Source: an uncultured Chloroflexia bacterium
GTDB taxonomy: Bacteria; Chloroflexota; Limnocylindria; Limnocylindrales; CSP1-4
Reading direction: 5' to 3'
Assembly (NCBI GenBank): GCA_963805585.1
Contig: CAWDUR010000026.1
Coordinates: 174,089-238,088, forward strand
Length of the DNA: 64,000 nt
Shown here in pieces: positions 61,767 through 64,000 of the stretch; position 1 is the stretch's first letter; every line of letters begins with the position of its first letter. The notes beneath the pieces were generated by a model, which had not been told where the DNA came from, did no database searches, and saw only the letters and a list, made by a program, of their open reading frames with translations. The translations under genes and the position numbers were made by a program.

Positions 61767-62681
61767 CTAGGTGCGACGGTACGCCTTCAGGTAGGCGCCC
61801 GGGTAGGGCACGTTGCGCCCAGACAGCGCCAGGGCCGCGATGACGACGATGTACGGAAGCGCCAGCATGAGCTCGTTGGGCACGCCTTCGAAGCCCGGAG
61901 TGATGTGCAGTCGCAGGCCCAGTGACGTCACGGCCGCGAAGACGAGCGCCCCGAGCACGCCCCGGAAGATACGCCAGCGCCCGAAGATGACGAGGGCGAT
62001 GCAGACCCAGCCGCGGCCGGCGATGATGTCGAGGGTGAAGGAGCCCAGCATGGCCAGCGTGATGAAGGCGCCGCCCACGGCCATCAGCGCGCCGCCGATC
62101 ATGAGGGCCACGTAGCGGATGCGGAAGACGCTGATACCGGCCACGTCCGCGGCCTCGGGGTTCTCGCCCACGGCGCGGATGGAGAGGCCCAAGGGCGTCC
62201 TGGCCAACCCCCACCAGGCTGCCGGCACGACCACCAGGAAGGCCAGGTAGGTCAGCCCGTACTGGTTGGCGATACCGCCGATGTCGCCCAGGCCGGCCAG
62301 CGGGTCCCACATGGGCATGGGCTCGATGCGCGCGAGCGTCGAGCCGCTGAAGAGCATCCGGTTGGCGAACTCGGAGATGCCGATGAGCCCGATGGTCAGG
62401 CCCAGGCCGCTGACGTGCTGGTTGGCGCCCAGGGTGACGGTGAGGATGCCCATGATGGCCCCCGCGATGAGGCCCACGAAGATGGCGGCCACCAGGCCCA
62501 GCCAGGCATTGCCGGTCTGGTAGGCGACCGCGAAGCCGAAGAAGGCCCCCGCGTACATGGTGCCCTCGATGCCCAGGTTGAGCACCCCCGCACGCTCTGT
62601 ATAGGTCTCGCCGACCGTGCCGTAGACAAGCGGCGTGGCCGTGCGGAAGGTGGCCTCCATGATGTCGATGAGGAAGGTCAT
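61767..62681 (-). CDS. ABC transporter permease (BMP/nucleoside-sugar importer family, NupQ/YufQ-like)
   Basis: 304-aa multi-TM ORF; ATGA overlap with upstream permease. Confidence 0.8.
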   Translation of the reverse strand: MTFLIDIMEATFRTATPLVYGTVGETYTERAGVLNLGIEGTMYAGAFFGFAVAYQTGNAWLGLVAAIFVGLIAGAIMGILTVTLGANQHVSGLGLTIGLIGISEFANRMLFSGSTLARIEPMPMWDPLAGLGDIGGIANQYGLTYLAFLVVVPAAWWGLARTPLGLSIRAVGENPEAADVAGISVFRIRYVALMIGGALMAVGGAFITLAMLGSFTLDIIAGRGWVCIALVIFGRWRIFRGVLGALVFAAVTSLGLRLHITPGFEGVPNELMLALPYIVVIAALALSGRNVPYPGAYLKAYRRT

Positions 62682-63824
62682 GCCGGCGGGCTCTCCGCAG
62701 GGATGCCCTTGGGTTCAGCAGGCGGCGGCTCACCTTCGTCGGCCGGACGCTCGTCAAAGCGCCTGGCGCGTGCCCGGTGCAGCGCCAGCGCACCGATCAC
62801 GACCAGCAGCAGCGCACCCTGCACGACCGCGCCGAGCTGCGAGGGGATGTGGAGGCTTCGCTCCGCCGACGAGGCCCCCACGGAGAGATCCGCGAGCAGC
62901 AGTCCCGCCAGCAGCACGCCCGGCATGGTCAGGCCGCCCAGCATGGCCACCACGATGCCCGTGTAGCCGAACCCCGGAGAGATGCCCGTCGTGAGGCGGA
63001 ACTGGATGCCCGCCACCTCGCTGACGCCGGCCAATCCAGCCACGGCGCCGCTGATAAGGGCCACGCGCAGGAGCGTCCGCTCGACCTTGATGCCGGCGAA
63101 GCGTGCCCCGTGAGGAGAGAGGCCCACGGCCCGCACGCGAAGGCCGGTGGAGGTGCGGCTCATGATCCACCAGGCCGCCACGATGATGACGACAGCGATG
63201 ATGAAGCCGAGGTGCAAGCGGGACTTGCCAAGGAAGGGCAGGACGCTGGCCAGCTTCGGGAACTCGGCGGCCTCTGCGATGCGCGGCGATTTCGGGAAAG
63301 CCGGTCTCCGGGTCCGTCCAAGGGCCGTGGAGCAGCGCCTCCACGACCAGCAGCGCCACCGGATTGAGCAGCAGCGTCGTGACGACCTCGTCGATGCCCA
63401 TGCGCACGCGCAGCAGCGCTGGCACCAGTGCCCAGGCGGCGCCGGCCAGCGCTCCCGCCGCCACCATCAGCGGCAGCACCAGGATGGATGGCCAGCCGTG
63501 CACGACCTGGCCGATGCCTGCCGCGGCCACGGCGCCCATGAGCAGCTGGCCCTCCACGCCGATGTTCCAGTAGCCGGCCCGGAAGGCGATGGCCACCGCC
63601 GTCCCCGCGAAGAGCAGCGGGGTCGAGACGTTGAGGACCTCCCAGAGCGTGAACTCGCGGGTCAGCGGCGCCACGAAGTAGGCGACGTAGGCGTCCAGCG
63701 GGTTGGCGCCGGCGATGGCGAAGGCACCGCCGGTGACCGCCAGCACGACCACGATGGCGCCGACCACGATGGCCCCGGTACGGCCGAAGCGCGTCTCAGA
63801 GGCTCGTCGTGCCTCCAGGGTCAT
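62678..63824 (-). pseudogene. ABC transporter permease (NupP/YufP-like) with apparent frameshift near 63250
   Basis: N-part in ORF 62754..63824 (to ~aa 170), C-part in ORF 62678..63217; ATGA overlap with ATPase stop at 63821-63824. Confidence 0.7.
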
Positions 63825-64000
63825 GCCGCCGCCTGGCCTCGTCCGGCCATGAGCATGCCGAGCTGCTCGGGGTCGGCCTGCGAGGCCTCCATGCGGCCCA
63901 CGATGCGGCCCTCGTAGAGCACCACGATGCGGTCGGAGAGCGAGAGCAGCTCGTCCAGGTCCTCCGAGAAGAGCAGGATGGCGCGCTCCATCGCGGCGGC
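63821..64000 (-). CDS. ABC transporter ATP-binding protein (C-terminal end only; continues past window)
   Basis: rc translation ..[56 protein letters not shown]. Confidence 0.6.
   Translation of the reverse strand, partial: AAAMERAILLFSEDLDELLSLSDRIVVLYEGRIVGRMEASQADPEQLGMLMAGRGQAAA

Overview
This is a high-GC (~70%) actinobacterial-type chromosomal segment, gene-dense on both strands.

Gene content, in order:
- A metallophosphoesterase (partial), rsmG, a CsoR-family repressor and hpt.
- A polar-amino-acid ABC importer (binding protein, permease, ATPase), then on the opposite strand a complete liv-type branched-chain amino-acid ABC transporter (livK-H-M-G-F).
- An NYN-domain protein with an RGG-rich tail, a ~122-bp x3 tandem-repeat basic low-complexity ORF, holB and acyP.
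- An ORF-poor, lower-GC stretch with Pro/Thr simple repeats.
- A bacterial sugar transferase, a ComB-like phosphatase, a ~1100-aa alpha-amylase-family protein, a family-5 uracil-DNA glycosylase and a ScyD/ScyE-like propeller protein.
- A sulfotransferase next to an ABC-2 exporter; an Mth938-like protein; an SDR.
- tRNA-Arg(CCG), a triple-cupredoxin protein, a HAD hydrolase, fumC, hisA/priA, a DUF885 protein, ltaE and tRNA-Asp(GTC).
- A CapA-family protein, two more sulfotransferases, three Flp-type pilin genes, kamA and a serine hydrolase.
- SufT, a PduO-type adenosyltransferase, a BI-1 family protein, a PPGY-repeat/DUF4389 protein, and Rrf2-sufC-sufS-sufU with no sufBD in the window.
- A contiguous moeZ-like(rhodanese+ThiF)-cysO-cysM-mec+ thiocarboxylate cysteine pathway, a DUF1269 protein, a nucleoside deaminase and a BMP-type ABC importer.

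The most striking feature is that at least 20 otherwise conserved genes carry apparent 1-nt frameshifts, frequently in C/G runs. Either the assembly is indel-rich or many genes are decaying. Gene models are therefore given across the breaks and flagged.
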